A stretch of DNA of 64,000 nucleotides from Gammaproteobacteria bacterium (GCA_965243395.1 CBDEUS010000001.1:64001-128000); one strand, 5' to 3'; positions 40,838-51,571 are shown, counted from the stretch's first letter. Translations and numbers: made by a program. The notes: generated by a model not told the origin, from the sequence alone.

Positions 40838-41842
40838 TCAATGAGTACTTAATTTAGCAGCTAAATTAGCAGCGGTAACTAGGCTACTTTCATCTGCAAT
40901 ACCTTGTCCAGCAATATCTAAAGCTGTGCCATGATCTACAGAAGTTCTGATAATAGGTAATCCCAGCGTGACATTAACAACCTCGCCGAATCCTTGATGT
41001 TTAATTACCGGTAAACCTTGATCATGATACATAGCAACAATGACATCTTTACCCATTAATTGTTGTTGAGTAAATGCAGTATCGGCTGCCAAGGGACCTA
41101 TGATGTTTAATCCGCGTGTACGTAATTTATTCAGGACAGGGATGATAATCTGTTTTTCTTCATTCCCTAAATGTCCGTTTTCACCAGCGTGAGGATTGAG
41201 GCCACATACCGCGATACAAGGATTAGCAATATCAAACCTTGAAATTAAATCTTGATGAATAACATTTAATGTTTTTTCAATTCTCGCTTCAGTGATATGA
41301 GCTGCTACTTCACATACCGGAATATGTGTAGTTACTAGTGCGACACGTAATGAAGAGCTATTTTTGCTTTCTTGAGTTTCACTCGCTAACAACATCACGG
41401 GAAAACCACCAGTTTTCTCTGCAATGAATTCAGTATGTCCTGTAAAAGGAATGCCTGCATCATTAATAATACTTTTTTGAACAGGTGCTGTGCACAAAGC
41501 ATGTAATGAATTATTTTGTACTAAGCTTATGGCAGTATCGAGTGTGTCAATGACATAGTTTGAATTTGCGGAGTTGAGTATACCCGGCTCTGAATGATGA
41601 GGCATATCAACATCAATTACTTTTAATTGTCCTGGCTCATGCACTGCATTGTTGTCTAGTTCATCAAAAGGTTTTATTTGCACATTTAAATTAAGCTGTG
41701 TGGCTTGTTGTTGCAACATATGCATATTAGCAATCGCGACAATTTCATAACCAAGAGTATGCTGGGCAAGTTTTAAAGATAATTCTGGGCCAACGCCTGC
41801 TGGTTCGCCAGGTGTAATAGCAATACAAGTAGTTTGAGGCAT
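40838..41842 (-). CDS. pdxA: 4-hydroxythreonine-4-phosphate dehydrogenase
   Basis: GEPAGVGPE, GHTEF, GLNPHAGE, MYHDQGL, RTSVDHGTA. Confidence 0.97.
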   Translation of the reverse strand: MPQTTCIAITPGEPAGVGPELSLKLAQHTLGYEIVAIANMHMLQQQATQLNLNVQIKPFDELDNNAVHEPGQLKVIDVDMPHHSEPGILNSANSNYVIDTLDTAISLVQNNSLHALCTAPVQKSIINDAGIPFTGHTEFIAEKTGGFPVMLLASETQESKNSSSLRVALVTTHIPVCEVAAHITEARIEKTLNVIHQDLISRFDIANPCIAVCGLNPHAGENGHLGNEEKQIIIPVLNKLRTRGLNIIGPLAADTAFTQQQLMGKDVIVAMYHDQGLPVIKHQGFGEVVNVTLGLPIIRTSVDHGTALDIAGQGIADESSLVTAANLAAKLSTH

Positions 41843-41879
41843 GGTTTGTAATGGTCACAAACTCGCTTTCGCTAGCGAG

Positions 41880-43214
41880 TTAATTTGAGGTGTGCAAACG
41901 ATTTTCTATATAACTTTCATCGCGCAGTTGTCTTAGCCATAGCTCGGTTTCTTCTTCAATCTTTCTTTGTCGAATTTGCTCACGCGCTTCAGCTCGCATG
42001 GCTTCTTGGGAATTGTCATGCTTGCGTTTATCTAGAACTTCTACAATATGCCAGCCATATCTACTTTGAAAAGGTTCGCATATATTTTTCAGTTCAAGCG
42101 AGTCAACGACTTCTTTGAATTTAGGTACAAAATTACTCGATACGGTCCAATCCATTAAGCCACCATTAACGGCACTACCCGGATCGTCTGAATGTGCTTT
42201 GGCTAGTTCTCCAAAATCATCGCCAAGTTCAATACGGGACTTAAGTTCTTTTAGCTTACGTTCTGCTGCTTCATCAGTTAATAACGCATTTGTGCGAACT
42301 AAAATATGGCGTGCCAGAACTTGATCTACCATTGTGTTTTCAATAGCGCGGCGATCCATTACTTTAAAAATATGAAATCCTGCAGGACTTTGGCCAATAC
42401 GGCTTACATCTCCGGCCTGCATGCTATCAATTTGTTGTACAAATACTTCTGGGAGTTGAGCTTTGTTACGCCAGCCAAGGTCGCCGCCTTGGAGAGCGTC
42501 TTGAGCATCAGAAGCCGCGATTGCGAGTTTGGCAAAATTATTACCAGCTCTCGCACGATCATAAACTAACGCTGCGCGATGTTGAGATTTTTCTATTTGC
42601 CCAGGTTTAGGGTTTTCTGGCACCGCGATTAGAATATGAGCAACATGATACTCATATTCTTTTCTTAGTAAGTCTGTACTGGATTTTTTTACAAGTTCTT
42701 CTACTTCACTTTCAGGTACTTGTATACCGTTATCAATTGTACGACGGCGCAACTGATCTAAAATCATTTCATTACGTACTTGTTCACGATATGCAGAATA
42801 GTCTAGCCCTTGCTGTATTAATATTTCGCGAAACTTTTCTAGTGTGACACGATTACGTTTAGCCATATTGCGCATGGCTTGATCCAGGCTAAGTTCATCT
42901 ATTTGTATACCTCGTTGCTCCGCAATTTGCAGTTGTAAACGCTCAACAATGAGGCGTTGTAAAACTTGATCGATGAGTACATCTTGTGGTGGTAATGCTT
43001 CTGGATTATTTTCAAACTGTTTGACTAATACGCGTACGCGTTGACGTAACTCACTTTCCATAATTATGTCGTTTTCCACGACCGCGACTATTCGATCCAA
43101 CAGTTTTGCATGAACTGGTGAATTGAATGCTAGCAGTACAATGACTATTGAAAGAGTAATTAAAAATTTAGTGGTAGATTGAAATTCTATTTTACGCATT
43201 AAAAGTATACTCAT
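41880..43214 (-). CDS. surA: Periplasmic chaperone/PPIase SurA
   Basis: DRIVAVVEND, two parvulin domains (HILI...GGDLGW; RHIL...HSDDPGS); synteny. Confidence 0.95.
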   Translation of the reverse strand: MSILLMRKIEFQSTTKFLITLSIVIVLLAFNSPVHAKLLDRIVAVVENDIIMESELRQRVRVLVKQFENNPEALPPQDVLIDQVLQRLIVERLQLQIAEQRGIQIDELSLDQAMRNMAKRNRVTLEKFREILIQQGLDYSAYREQVRNEMILDQLRRRTIDNGIQVPESEVEELVKKSSTDLLRKEYEYHVAHILIAVPENPKPGQIEKSQHRAALVYDRARAGNNFAKLAIAASDAQDALQGGDLGWRNKAQLPEVFVQQIDSMQAGDVSRIGQSPAGFHIFKVMDRRAIENTMVDQVLARHILVRTNALLTDEAAERKLKELKSRIELGDDFGELAKAHSDDPGSAVNGGLMDWTVSSNFVPKFKEVVDSLELKNICEPFQSRYGWHIVEVLDKRKHDNSQEAMRAEAREQIRQRKIEEETELWLRQLRDESYIENRLHTSN

Positions 43215-43220
43215 TGATAT

Positions 43221-45473
43221 TTAAAAATATTCATCGTCACGCGCATCATAGCCACGAATGCCACGCTCTAGTAACTCACCAATTGGAGAGCCTATTTGGC
43301 CTAGGCCCTTAAGGACCAATTGGAGTTCAATACTATTATTATAATCCTCATCGGTATTCTGATTATAGCGCCGCCCAGCTAGGCGTATTTTCCAGCAGCA
43401 AGTTTCGTATTCGACACCTGCTAACAGCTCTAAGTTGCGTTTTTCTTGCAGATCATAGTTCCAGCGCGTGACCGCTCTCCAATGTTCATTGATAGGCATT
43501 ACCATCGAAATATCGGATTGTTCTAAGCTTTCGCGTAGGCCGCTTACAGAATCTATGGGTTCAATATCGCTTCTGCGGTAGCGATAAGCGGCATTGAAAA
43601 CAAACTTGTTTTCACTTTCATAATTAAAGCGAATGGAATTTCTTTCGGTATGCTCATCGTGAGTATCATAAAGCGCAGAAGCAATGGCTTCCCAACGGTC
43701 ACTAAATCCAATTTTTAATTCAGCGGCCACTTCAGACGAATCTTCGTCTTCGCGAACTTCGCCGGGAAGTGTGACTTTCCGATCTCTAAAGTAAAAAATA
43801 CGTCCTAGGCTGGCGCGGAATTTTTCATCACCGTTTTCAAGGTCAAGCAGACGTGTCGTTAAACCCACACTTAGACGATCTGCATCTCCGATACGGTCAC
43901 TGCCACTGAAGCGGTCATCACGAAACAATTGTTCAAAGCCAAACTCATATTCGGCCGTATCAAATATTGGTATGTCCTCTTGGTCACGAAAGGGAGTGTG
44001 CAAATAAAATAAACGCGGTTCTAGTGTTTGAATGTGTCCCGCTTTGTTTAATTTTTTTTCAAAAATCAGTCCTGCATCAAGGTGAGCACTTGGCAAACTA
44101 CGTGTGGGTTTATCGTCTAAATCATCTCTACGATTTAAGTCATACTCAGTATGAGTCAGGCGTGCTCCTGGACGTATAAAATAGGCAGCGGTTTCAAAGG
44201 GTCGTTCAAGTTCTATGCCTAAATGTAAACGATCGCCATCAATTTGATCGTCGTGTTCAAACTGTACCCATTCCGTTTCTGAATTGAAATCAAAACCACC
44301 AGGCAGGTTGTAATAATTACTATCAATTTTAAGTTGTGGAACGCGTTTAAAAGGTTCGTTTTCATTCGGCAAACTGTCATCTACTAATTGGAAACTCTGC
44401 GCACGCGCTAAGAAGCTCCAATGTTTAGTGTAATATTTTAAATCGCCACGGCGCTCGATAAATTGCGTACTGCTAAGACCTAGACCATCACCAAGATCTT
44501 CAAAATACTGTTCATCAGAAACTTTGTTGTATAAAAGATCAAGTTGTAAATTTGGTGAGAATTGGCTGATATGTTCAAAGCTTGCCAAATATCGGTCATC
44601 TTTGAATTCACTGTCATCTAAATATTCAAGCCCGAGTTGTCCAAAACTTTTATTGTTTAAATAACGAAAGTTTGATTTTAATTGCAAACCACGATCGGTT
44701 AACAGGCGCGGCGCTATTATCGCGTCTCGGTTAGGTGCAATATTCCAATACCAGGGTGTTTCAAGTTCAAAACCAGAATCATTTGAGTTACCAATAGTTG
44801 GCGTTAGAAATCCTGATTTGCGACGATCATCAATTGGAAACCTGATCCAAGGTGTGTAGAAAATAGGTACACCTTTAAACTTTACTTTTACATCACGACC
44901 AATTCCATCACCTGTGGTTTTATCTAACTCAACTTCGTCAGCAGTTAACTCCCATGAATCATCACCTTCTTCGCAAGTGGTGTAGCTTGTGTCTTCAAAA
45001 CGAACAAAGTCAGCAGAAGTTCGTTCTATTTTTTTAGCCTTACCACGTGCATGTAATGGTTTGTAAAAGTAGTTGGCGTCTTCGGCTTTTGCGTAGTCCG
45101 TATCTAGATTTAGTTCGGCTTTTTCACTGTTGATAACGAGTTGTTGATCTTCTGATCGAACGTTCCCAGTTGCGGTTACATTTTTATTTTGATCGTTGTA
45201 CTCAAGTTTATCCGCATCAATTTTTTGCGGGCCCCTTGTCATTTGCACAGTACCTTCTAATGTAGCTAGGCCGCTAGCATCGCGTTTAGCTTGATCTGCA
45301 GTAAACTCTGCTGGAGTATTGGGGTCTAATTCAATGACATTCTGGCTTGATTGAGTAATGGCGCCATCTCCACATAGTCCATAAGGGTTATCTTCAGCAT
45401 GGCTCCAATTAAAGGTCAGGCATACCAGCCCAAAAATGGCTACATACAGCTTGCTTAAGGCTTTATTCAACAC
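43221..45473 (-). CDS. lptD: LPS assembly protein LptD
   Basis: YTTC, RRKSGFLTP, YWNIAPNRD, TLEPRLFY, ETCCW, LVLKGLG. Start reassigned to GTG 45473 before the signal peptide. Confidence 0.95.
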   Translation of the reverse strand: MLNKALSKLYVAIFGLVCLTFNWSHAEDNPYGLCGDGAITQSSQNVIELDPNTPAEFTADQAKRDASGLATLEGTVQMTRGPQKIDADKLEYNDQNKNVTATGNVRSEDQQLVINSEKAELNLDTDYAKAEDANYFYKPLHARGKAKKIERTSADFVRFEDTSYTTCEEGDDSWELTADEVELDKTTGDGIGRDVKVKFKGVPIFYTPWIRFPIDDRRKSGFLTPTIGNSNDSGFELETPWYWNIAPNRDAIIAPRLLTDRGLQLKSNFRYLNNKSFGQLGLEYLDDSEFKDDRYLASFEHISQFSPNLQLDLLYNKVSDEQYFEDLGDGLGLSSTQFIERRGDLKYYTKHWSFLARAQSFQLVDDSLPNENEPFKRVPQLKIDSNYYNLPGGFDFNSETEWVQFEHDDQIDGDRLHLGIELERPFETAAYFIRPGARLTHTEYDLNRRDDLDDKPTRSLPSAHLDAGLIFEKKLNKAGHIQTLEPRLFYLHTPFRDQEDIPIFDTAEYEFGFEQLFRDDRFSGSDRIGDADRLSVGLTTRLLDLENGDEKFRASLGRIFYFRDRKVTLPGEVREDEDSSEVAAELKIGFSDRWEAIASALYDTHDEHTERNSIRFNYESENKFVFNAAYRYRRSDIEPIDSVSGLRESLEQSDISMVMPINEHWRAVTRWNYDLQEKRNLELLAGVEYETCCWKIRLAGRRYNQNTDEDYNNSIELQLVLKGLGQIGSPIGELLERGIRGYDARDDEYF

Positions 45474-45567
45474 GGAATATAGTAGAGTAGGGTTAAATAG
45501 AATCAGAATATTTTTATTATTAATGCCTAAAGGCCCAGATATTGTAACAGTTTTAAGGTGATCAGCA

Positions 45568-46764
45568 TTGGTCGAATCTAAAAAGCATACCAGCAAATCC
45601 AGCAAGTTATCCCAGCAGCTATGGGGCAGTATGGTTGCCATTGTTGTTGCTGCGCTTATCGTGATGGTTTTGGTAGTCACTGATAAAGGCCCAGAAGCCA
45701 AGCTTGAGGAGTTGCCACCGCTTAAGGTTGTACTACTGGAAGTAGAGCGTCATGACGTATCACCCACCGAAGCATTAACAGGTCGTTTACAACCCGTAAA
45801 AACTGCGCAACTAAAATTTGAAGTGCAGGGTAGAGTCGAACAACGTTTGCTTGAACCTGGAGTATTTGTCGAACAAGGGCATGAAATTCTCAAACTTGAT
45901 GCACAAGATCTTGAAGATCAATTTACTCAAACACAATCTCAATATGATATTGAACAGGCAGGCATACAACGTGATCAACGTATGCTTAAACTAGCTCAAC
46001 AGAATTTAGAATTACAAAAAGCTGAAGTAAAACGTTATGAAAAATTAAATAACGATTCTCTAATTTCAGCATCACAACTCGATGCTGCGCGACAACAAAT
46101 GTTAAATTTAGATTCTCAAGTATCCGACTTGCAATATAAAGTAACCACAGCAAAGGCAAGATTATCTTTAAAACAATCTGAAAGGGATGTTGCTAAACGA
46201 AATTTACAACGTGCTACTTTGGTCGCGCCATTTTCTGGTTACATAAATGAAATAAGTACTGAAGTGGGAGATTTTGTTACTGCAACTCAAATTGTGGCGA
46301 CAATTGTTGATACAAGCTTACTTGATTTACATCTTGATGTACGTGGAGAAGTTCTGGCAGCATTAGAGTTACATCAAGAAATTGATGTAAAAGTGGGCGC
46401 AATAAAAATTATTGGAAAGTTAGTTGCCATGCAGCCTGACCCTAATCTTTCAACAAATACACACGCAATTAGAATTCGAGTACCGGGTGAAAAAGTTCAA
46501 TCAGGGATGCTGGCAAATGCAGAATTACCTTTGAGTAAACAAATGAATGTAATTACTGTGCCGGTTTCAGCAGTTTCCACAAATGCAGGTGAGAATTTTG
46601 TGTATAGATATGAAAATGGAACGTTAAAAAAACTTCCAGTCATATTAAATAACAGAGTAGGTAGTGAATATATTCTTACTGCTGGCGTTGAAGCGGGCGC
46701 AGCTATTGTTGCACGTGATGTAGCTGGGTTGAAAGACGGTCAGCGAGTGATCGCAAACTTTTGA
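45568..46764 (+). CDS. RND efflux periplasmic adaptor (MFP)
   Basis: N-terminal TM, lipoyl-like halves (EVQGRV; LVAPFSG), coiled coil, VPVSAV. Confidence 0.9.
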   Translation: MVESKKHTSKSSKLSQQLWGSMVAIVVAALIVMVLVVTDKGPEAKLEELPPLKVVLLEVERHDVSPTEALTGRLQPVKTAQLKFEVQGRVEQRLLEPGVFVEQGHEILKLDAQDLEDQFTQTQSQYDIEQAGIQRDQRMLKLAQQNLELQKAEVKRYEKLNNDSLISASQLDAARQQMLNLDSQVSDLQYKVTTAKARLSLKQSERDVAKRNLQRATLVAPFSGYINEISTEVGDFVTATQIVATIVDTSLLDLHLDVRGEVLAALELHQEIDVKVGAIKIIGKLVAMQPDPNLSTNTHAIRIRVPGEKVQSGMLANAELPLSKQMNVITVPVSAVSTNAGENFVYRYENGTLKKLPVILNNRVGSEYILTAGVEAGAAIVARDVAGLKDGQRVIANF

Positions 46765-46811
46765 AACCAATTTATTAGACAAGTATCCAAAATAGAATAG
46801 CTTAGCCGTAT

Positions 46812-47153
46812 TCAATCCATGCCCACTCCTTTTTTAAGCACCTTAACGCAGTAGGTGTTGAGGCTTTCGCTGACTTTTAATGATTCAACCGTGAGTTGTT
46901 CGTGTAGATTTTCACCAACGCGGATATTAAAGCGACCAGAGTATTTTTTACCGGTTGTTTTGGGTGGAAGTACAATATTTTCGTTCTCGTGAATTTTAAT
47001 CCACTCATTAACTAGCGCGCCCAACTTTTCATACACTTTAGTTTCATTCTTTCCGTGAACGCCTCCCAGTGCTAGACCGGGTAAACGGCCTATGTAGCAT
47101 TCATCCTGTTCTGACCACTCTACAATTTTCATATACCGTTTTCGTTTATTCAT
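46812..47153 (-). CDS. hicB: HicB family antitoxin
   Basis: YMKIVEWSEQDECYIGRLPGL N-domain plus RHH-like YSGRFNIRVGENLHEQL. Confidence 0.88.
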   Translation of the reverse strand: MNKRKRYMKIVEWSEQDECYIGRLPGLALGGVHGKNETKVYEKLGALVNEWIKIHENENIVLPPKTTGKKYSGRFNIRVGENLHEQLTVESLKVSESLNTYCVKVLKKGVGMD

Positions 47154-47343
47154 GGCTAATGAGCTCTATAGCTCGCATTACATCTTTGATCTGGTACTGC
47201 TTTGCTACTTGGTTATTGTTCCCGCTGATAGTGATATTAATGCCACTCGGGTGTTGGTAATTTCTGTGCCCGGATTTTGCGTATTTATTTACAAAATTTA
47301 CGGATTCCAAGTCTCTAATTAACGTAATAATTTTTGTTGGCAT
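47146..47343 (-). CDS. hicA: HicA family toxin
   Basis: 65 aa; LIRDLES..F, SGHRNYQHP (catalytic His region), AKQYQIKDV; overlaps the hicB start. Confidence 0.82.
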   Translation of the reverse strand: MPTKIITLIRDLESVNFVNKYAKSGHRNYQHPSGINITISGNNNQVAKQYQIKDVMRAIELISHE

Positions 47344-47346
47344 TTC

Positions 47347-47377
47347 AATATGGTACCATTATGGTACCATATTTCAA
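47347..47377 (-). promoter_or_regulatory. hicAB promoter/operator
   Basis: Two ATGGTACCAT palindromes 11 bp apart forming a 27-bp palindrome; minus strand reads TTGAAA-16 nt-TACCAT-6 nt-ATG. Confidence 0.7.
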
Positions 47378-47539
47378 GCTTATCTTATTACTAATAAGAT
47401 GAGGTCAGTTTGGGAATCAATGAATGAGCTGAATATAGTTACAAGTGTAAATATTTCAGATGAAACTGTACCGAAAATAACATTCGATTCTGCACGCAAC
47501 AATTGGCAACATTTCCAGCAGAAAGTTATGGGGAACTCT

Positions 47540-47872
47540 ATGCAGTTGGAGCAATACTTAGTATTTTCAAAAGAATTGCGACAGTATCAACGCGAGATTA
47601 AAGACAGCTTAAAGCTATATCAGCTTTCTCATATCGATTTTGAAGTGTTGCATTATTTATATGTTGGTTTAACACAACCCGGGTTTATTGCGAGTGAAGC
47701 CGATCTTAATAAGCCTCAGGTTACTCGTTCAATGCGGTGTTTAGAGAAATTAAATCTAATGGAATATGATTTAGTTGAACATGATCGTCGAGTAAGAGTT
47801 GTAAAAATCACAAATAAAGGTAAGCGTTTATATACACAACTTGTGCAATCAATAAAAAGAATAAATTTATAA
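47540..47872 (+). CDS. MarR-family winged-helix protein
   Basis: LSHIDFEVL, LNKPQVTRSMRCLE, DRRVRVVKITNKG; RBS GGGGA before ATG 47540. Confidence 0.8.
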   Translation: MQLEQYLVFSKELRQYQREIKDSLKLYQLSHIDFEVLHYLYVGLTQPGFIASEADLNKPQVTRSMRCLEKLNLMEYDLVEHDRRVRVVKITNKGKRLYTQLVQSIKRINL

Positions 47873-47953
47873 AATACTTTTGTGAGCGTTAAAGATGTTA
47901 TTTAGATGCTTTACTTAAAACATTACGGTTAACAGTTATAGGTTTATTAAATT

Positions 47954-48181
47954 ATGAGTACAAAAGGAAGTGAAATTAAAAATCTAAACAGTGAAGATAG
48001 CGCAATACTGAATAGAGAAGGTTGGTTTCTTCTTACATATTACCAAACAAAAGATAATCCATCGGGGTCTCGAGCACATAAATTAGCAATAGATAAAGCC
48101 ATGTCTGTGGATCGAAAAGCTGGGCTTCGCATCCATAAAAAAGGTGAATATACTGTTTTTGAAGTTTGGGAACACTGGTAA
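47954..48181 (+). CDS. Hypothetical protein (75 aa)
   Basis: ATG start with AGG upstream; plausible composition; no recognised motif. Confidence 0.6.
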   Translation: MSTKGSEIKNLNSEDSAILNREGWFLLTYYQTKDNPSGSRAHKLAIDKAMSVDRKAGLRIHKKGEYTVFEVWEHW

Positions 48182-48427
48182 GTAACTTTTGTTCCTAAAA
48201 AAGGGCCTGCCTTCTATCGTATAAAAATAAGCTAGTCAGTATTAACCGAATACTCGCTTATCAAGCCACTCTATTTTATCTGACATTTGCGATTTCGTAT
48301 CTTGATCGCATGTACTTATTAAGCATTTCAAAATTCGGATAACTTTTTGCTTGGGGTTGCGTTAAACTAAAATCATTATTACTTGTCTGTATCTATTTGG
48401 GGGCTTTTTGAAACTGAATATTCGATT

Positions 48428-51400
48428 ATGGGCATTATAAATTTTTCAATTAAGAATCCGTTAGTCGTAAATCTTTTCCTAGTTCTCATTATTGTCTTAG
48501 GGGTAATTTCTTGGCGCAGTATGCCGCAGGAAATGTTCCCGGTAGTAGATATTGATCAGGTTCGTATTAATACTGAATTCGAGGGTGCGCCACCGGAAGA
48601 AGTTGAATCCCAAATTACTATTCCGATTGAAGAAGAGTTAGATGGCCTTGCTGATATTGATGTGATTACCTCCGAAAGCAATGAAGGCATTTCCAAAATT
48701 ATTATCAAGCTAAAGCCAGACGCAGATGTGGATGAATTTGTGCGTGATTTGAGATCTACGGTGGACGCAATTACTGATTTGCCCGATGAATCTGAAAGAT
48801 CTGATATCACGCGTTTGAAAACGCGTTTCCCTGTTATCAGTATGAGTGTTTACGGGGACGCTTCAATGGGCACATTAGTAGAAGCGGCTAAAGATATTAA
48901 AAGCCGTTTACAACAAATTGATGGTGTAGCCAGTGTAAGTATTGCTGGAGAACGTGAATGGGAACTTTGGATCGAAGTAGATCCATTTGCAATGTCCGCA
49001 CGTAAGGTTTCTTTATCTGTCGTGATATCCGCATTACAAAATAATCTTCGTGATCTTCCTGGTGGGTCGTTGAAAGCATCTGAGGGAGATATTTTATTGC
49101 GTGGCAAGGGTGCCGCACCAAATATAGAGGCGACTAAAAGAATTGTATTGCGTAGTGATAATAATGGCGGGCAATTAGTCTTAGATGAAGTAGCCGATGT
49201 ACAGCTCAGATTGGAAGAAACAAAAACATTAGGGCGGTTTAATAATAAACCATCAGTAAATTTAACCGTTACCAAAACAGCAAAAGCATCTACTATTGAA
49301 GTTTCAAACTTAGTAAGAGAACTTGCGTCAGAGTTACAAGAAGAGCTACCTAAAAATATACAGGTTGGATTATTTAGTGATTTATCGATTTATGTCAAAA
49401 CCCGTTTAGAAACTTTGAAGTCTTCTGGAGCAGTAGGTTTGTTCCTAGTTCTCTTGTCACTTTATTTATTCTTAAATTTTAGAGTGGCAGCCATTACAGC
49501 GTTAGGCATCCCAGTCTCTTTCTTAGTTGCTGTAATCATCATTAATTATCTTGGTTACACCATAAATATGGTTTCCATGTTTGCGTTTTTAATCGCGCTG
49601 GGAATGATTGTTGATGATGCCATTATTGTTACGGAAAATACGTATCGCCATATGGAAGAGGGCATGCAACCCATTCCAGCTGCGAAAGCGGGAGCGGGAG
49701 AAGTATTTTGGCCCGTAATGGCCTCAACCTGTACAACCATCGCAGCTTTTCTACCGATGTTTGGTGTATCAGGCACCTTGGGTTTATTCATTCAGGTAAT
49801 CCCCGTTGTAGTGACTGCTGCGTTGTTGGGTTCTCTTCTTGAAGCGTTTATCGTTTTACCATCTCATTCTGCTGAATTGTTGCGTGTTGCGAAACACAAA
49901 AAACGCAACAGAATAAATTGGCAAAAATGGCTTGATAAATATGTAACAGTGGTGAAATACGCGTTACAAAATCGATATTTTGTATCTGCTGTTACGGTAG
50001 GAGTGTTAAGCGTTGTTCTAGTATATTCAAAAATTCATATGCCATATAACCAATTTGGTGATGTAGAAATTGGTCAGTTTCTTGTCAATATTGAAGCACC
50101 TAATACTTACAGTACTGAAGATACTACTCAACTTGCCATTCAAATCGAAGATAAAATGAATGCAGTATTTCAAGAAAATGAATTAGATACTCTATTAACA
50201 AATGTTGGTGTGATCTTAATTGATTTTAATCGCCTGAAGTTGGGAAGTAATTACATTCAGTTTGTAGTCGATCTGAAAAAACCAAAACCGAAAGGATTTA
50301 TAGAGCGTTTTGTAAGTCCAATAGTGAATTTAAAATTTTCATCCACTGGGGTGCGTGAACGAAGTACAGAAGTTATTTTAGATGAAGTACGAGAAAGTGT
50401 TGCGACCATTCCAGGGATACAGCGCTTTTCTATATTGCGTCCTCAAGGTGGACCAGCAGGATCCGATATTGAAGTTGGTATAGTTGGCAAAGAAACTGAA
50501 AAACTTTTAGCTTTATCTGGTGAAGTTGTGACATTTTTGCGACGAGTTCCAGGCGTAAAAGATGTAAGACAAGACTTAGAGCCAGGAAAACTTGAATATC
50601 AGTACACAGTCAATTCACGTGGTCGTGAGTTAGGTTTAACTCAAGCTCAGATTGCTGACGCTGTGCGCACAGGCTATTTAGGCTTAGAAGTAATGCAAGT
50701 GAATTGGGAAGCTGATCGCTATCCTGTAAGAGTGATATATCCAGATACTATTCGTGAAGATGGTGCAGGATTAAAACGTTTGCCCATTACATTGGAGGAT
50801 GGTGGAACCGTTTATCTAGGCGAAGTTGCAGATATTGAGTTGGGCAGAGGCTTGGGTGTTGTACAAAGAAGAAATTCACAACGATTATCATTGATAACGG
50901 CAGAAGTAGATAAAGAAGCCATTACACCTTTAGAAGTAACGGAACTGCTAGCAGAAGAATTTAAGACTTTAAGCGATGATCATTATGGGTACTCATTGTT
51001 ATTTTTAGGCGAAAAGAAAGAAGCACAAGATTCCTTTAATGATATTGGAAATATGCTGATTGTTGCGCTGGCTATAATCTTTTTTATTCTAGCCGCATTG
51101 TTTAAATCATTGTTGGATCCATTTGTAATTATGTTTGCCATTCCGTTTGCTATCGTTGGAGTAATTGTTGGGCATATGTTATTTGGATATAACCTACAGT
51201 TTTTGTCTATGATTGGTTTCCTAGCCCTTACAGGGATAGTGGTGAACGATTCATTAATATTTATCGATTTCGCTAAAAAGCGAATTGCTGCAGGCGCAAG
51301 TTGTTTTGATGCTTTAGTAGATGCAGGACGCGTACGCATTCGGCCTATTCTTTTAACCACTGTAACTACGTTCTTAGGCATATCGCCTTTAATCTTTTTT

Positions 51401-51571
51401 GCCAGTGGTCAAACTGCTTTCTTGTCGCCCATGGCTGTGAGTTTAGGGTTTGGTCTTATATTCGCAACCATATTGATATTAATAGTACTACCGTGCTTTT
51501 ACATGATTGCAGATGACTTAAGAAATTATACTTATGCAAGGTTTAACAAAATGAAAACTATTCATGCATGA
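48428..51571 (+). CDS. RND efflux transporter (AcrB/AcrD/AcrF family)
   Basis: GAPPEEVE, GMIVDDAIIVTEN, GIVVNDS, RIRPILLTTVTT. Start reassigned to ATG 48428. Confidence 0.96.
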   Translation: MGIINFSIKNPLVVNLFLVLIIVLGVISWRSMPQEMFPVVDIDQVRINTEFEGAPPEEVESQITIPIEEELDGLADIDVITSESNEGISKIIIKLKPDADVDEFVRDLRSTVDAITDLPDESERSDITRLKTRFPVISMSVYGDASMGTLVEAAKDIKSRLQQIDGVASVSIAGEREWELWIEVDPFAMSARKVSLSVVISALQNNLRDLPGGSLKASEGDILLRGKGAAPNIEATKRIVLRSDNNGGQLVLDEVADVQLRLEETKTLGRFNNKPSVNLTVTKTAKASTIEVSNLVRELASELQEELPKNIQVGLFSDLSIYVKTRLETLKSSGAVGLFLVLLSLYLFLNFRVAAITALGIPVSFLVAVIIINYLGYTINMVSMFAFLIALGMIVDDAIIVTENTYRHMEEGMQPIPAAKAGAGEVFWPVMASTCTTIAAFLPMFGVSGTLGLFIQVIPVVVTAALLGSLLEAFIVLPSHSAELLRVAKHKKRNRINWQKWLDKYVTVVKYALQNRYFVSAVTVGVLSVVLVYSKIHMPYNQFGDVEIGQFLVNIEAPNTYSTEDTTQLAIQIEDKMNAVFQENELDTLLTNVGVILIDFNRLKLGSNYIQFVVDLKKPKPKGFIERFVSPIVNLKFSSTGVRERSTEVILDEVRESVATIPGIQRFSILRPQGGPAGSDIEVGIVGKETEKLLALSGEVVTFLRRVPGVKDVRQDLEPGKLEYQYTVNSRGRELGLTQAQIADAVRTGYLGLEVMQVNWEADRYPVRVIYPDTIREDGAGLKRLPITLEDGGTVYLGEVADIELGRGLGVVQRRNSQRLSLITAEVDKEAITPLEVTELLAEEFKTLSDDHYGYSLLFLGEKKEAQDSFNDIGNMLIVALAIIFFILAALFKSLLDPFVIMFAIPFAIVGVIVGHMLFGYNLQFLSMIGFLALTGIVVNDSLIFIDFAKKRIAAGASCFDALVDAGRVRIRPILLTTVTTFLGISPLIFFASGQTAFLSPMAVSLGFGLIFATILILIVLPCFYMIADDLRNYTYARFNKMKTIHA

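Noticed and set aside
45474-45701. N-terminal extension of lptD overlapping the MFP gene
   Set aside because: The signal peptide begins near 45473; the extension is antisense to the divergent gene.
46920-46928. GCGGATATT, matching the repeat right arm
   Set aside because: Isolated half-site within hicB coding sequence.
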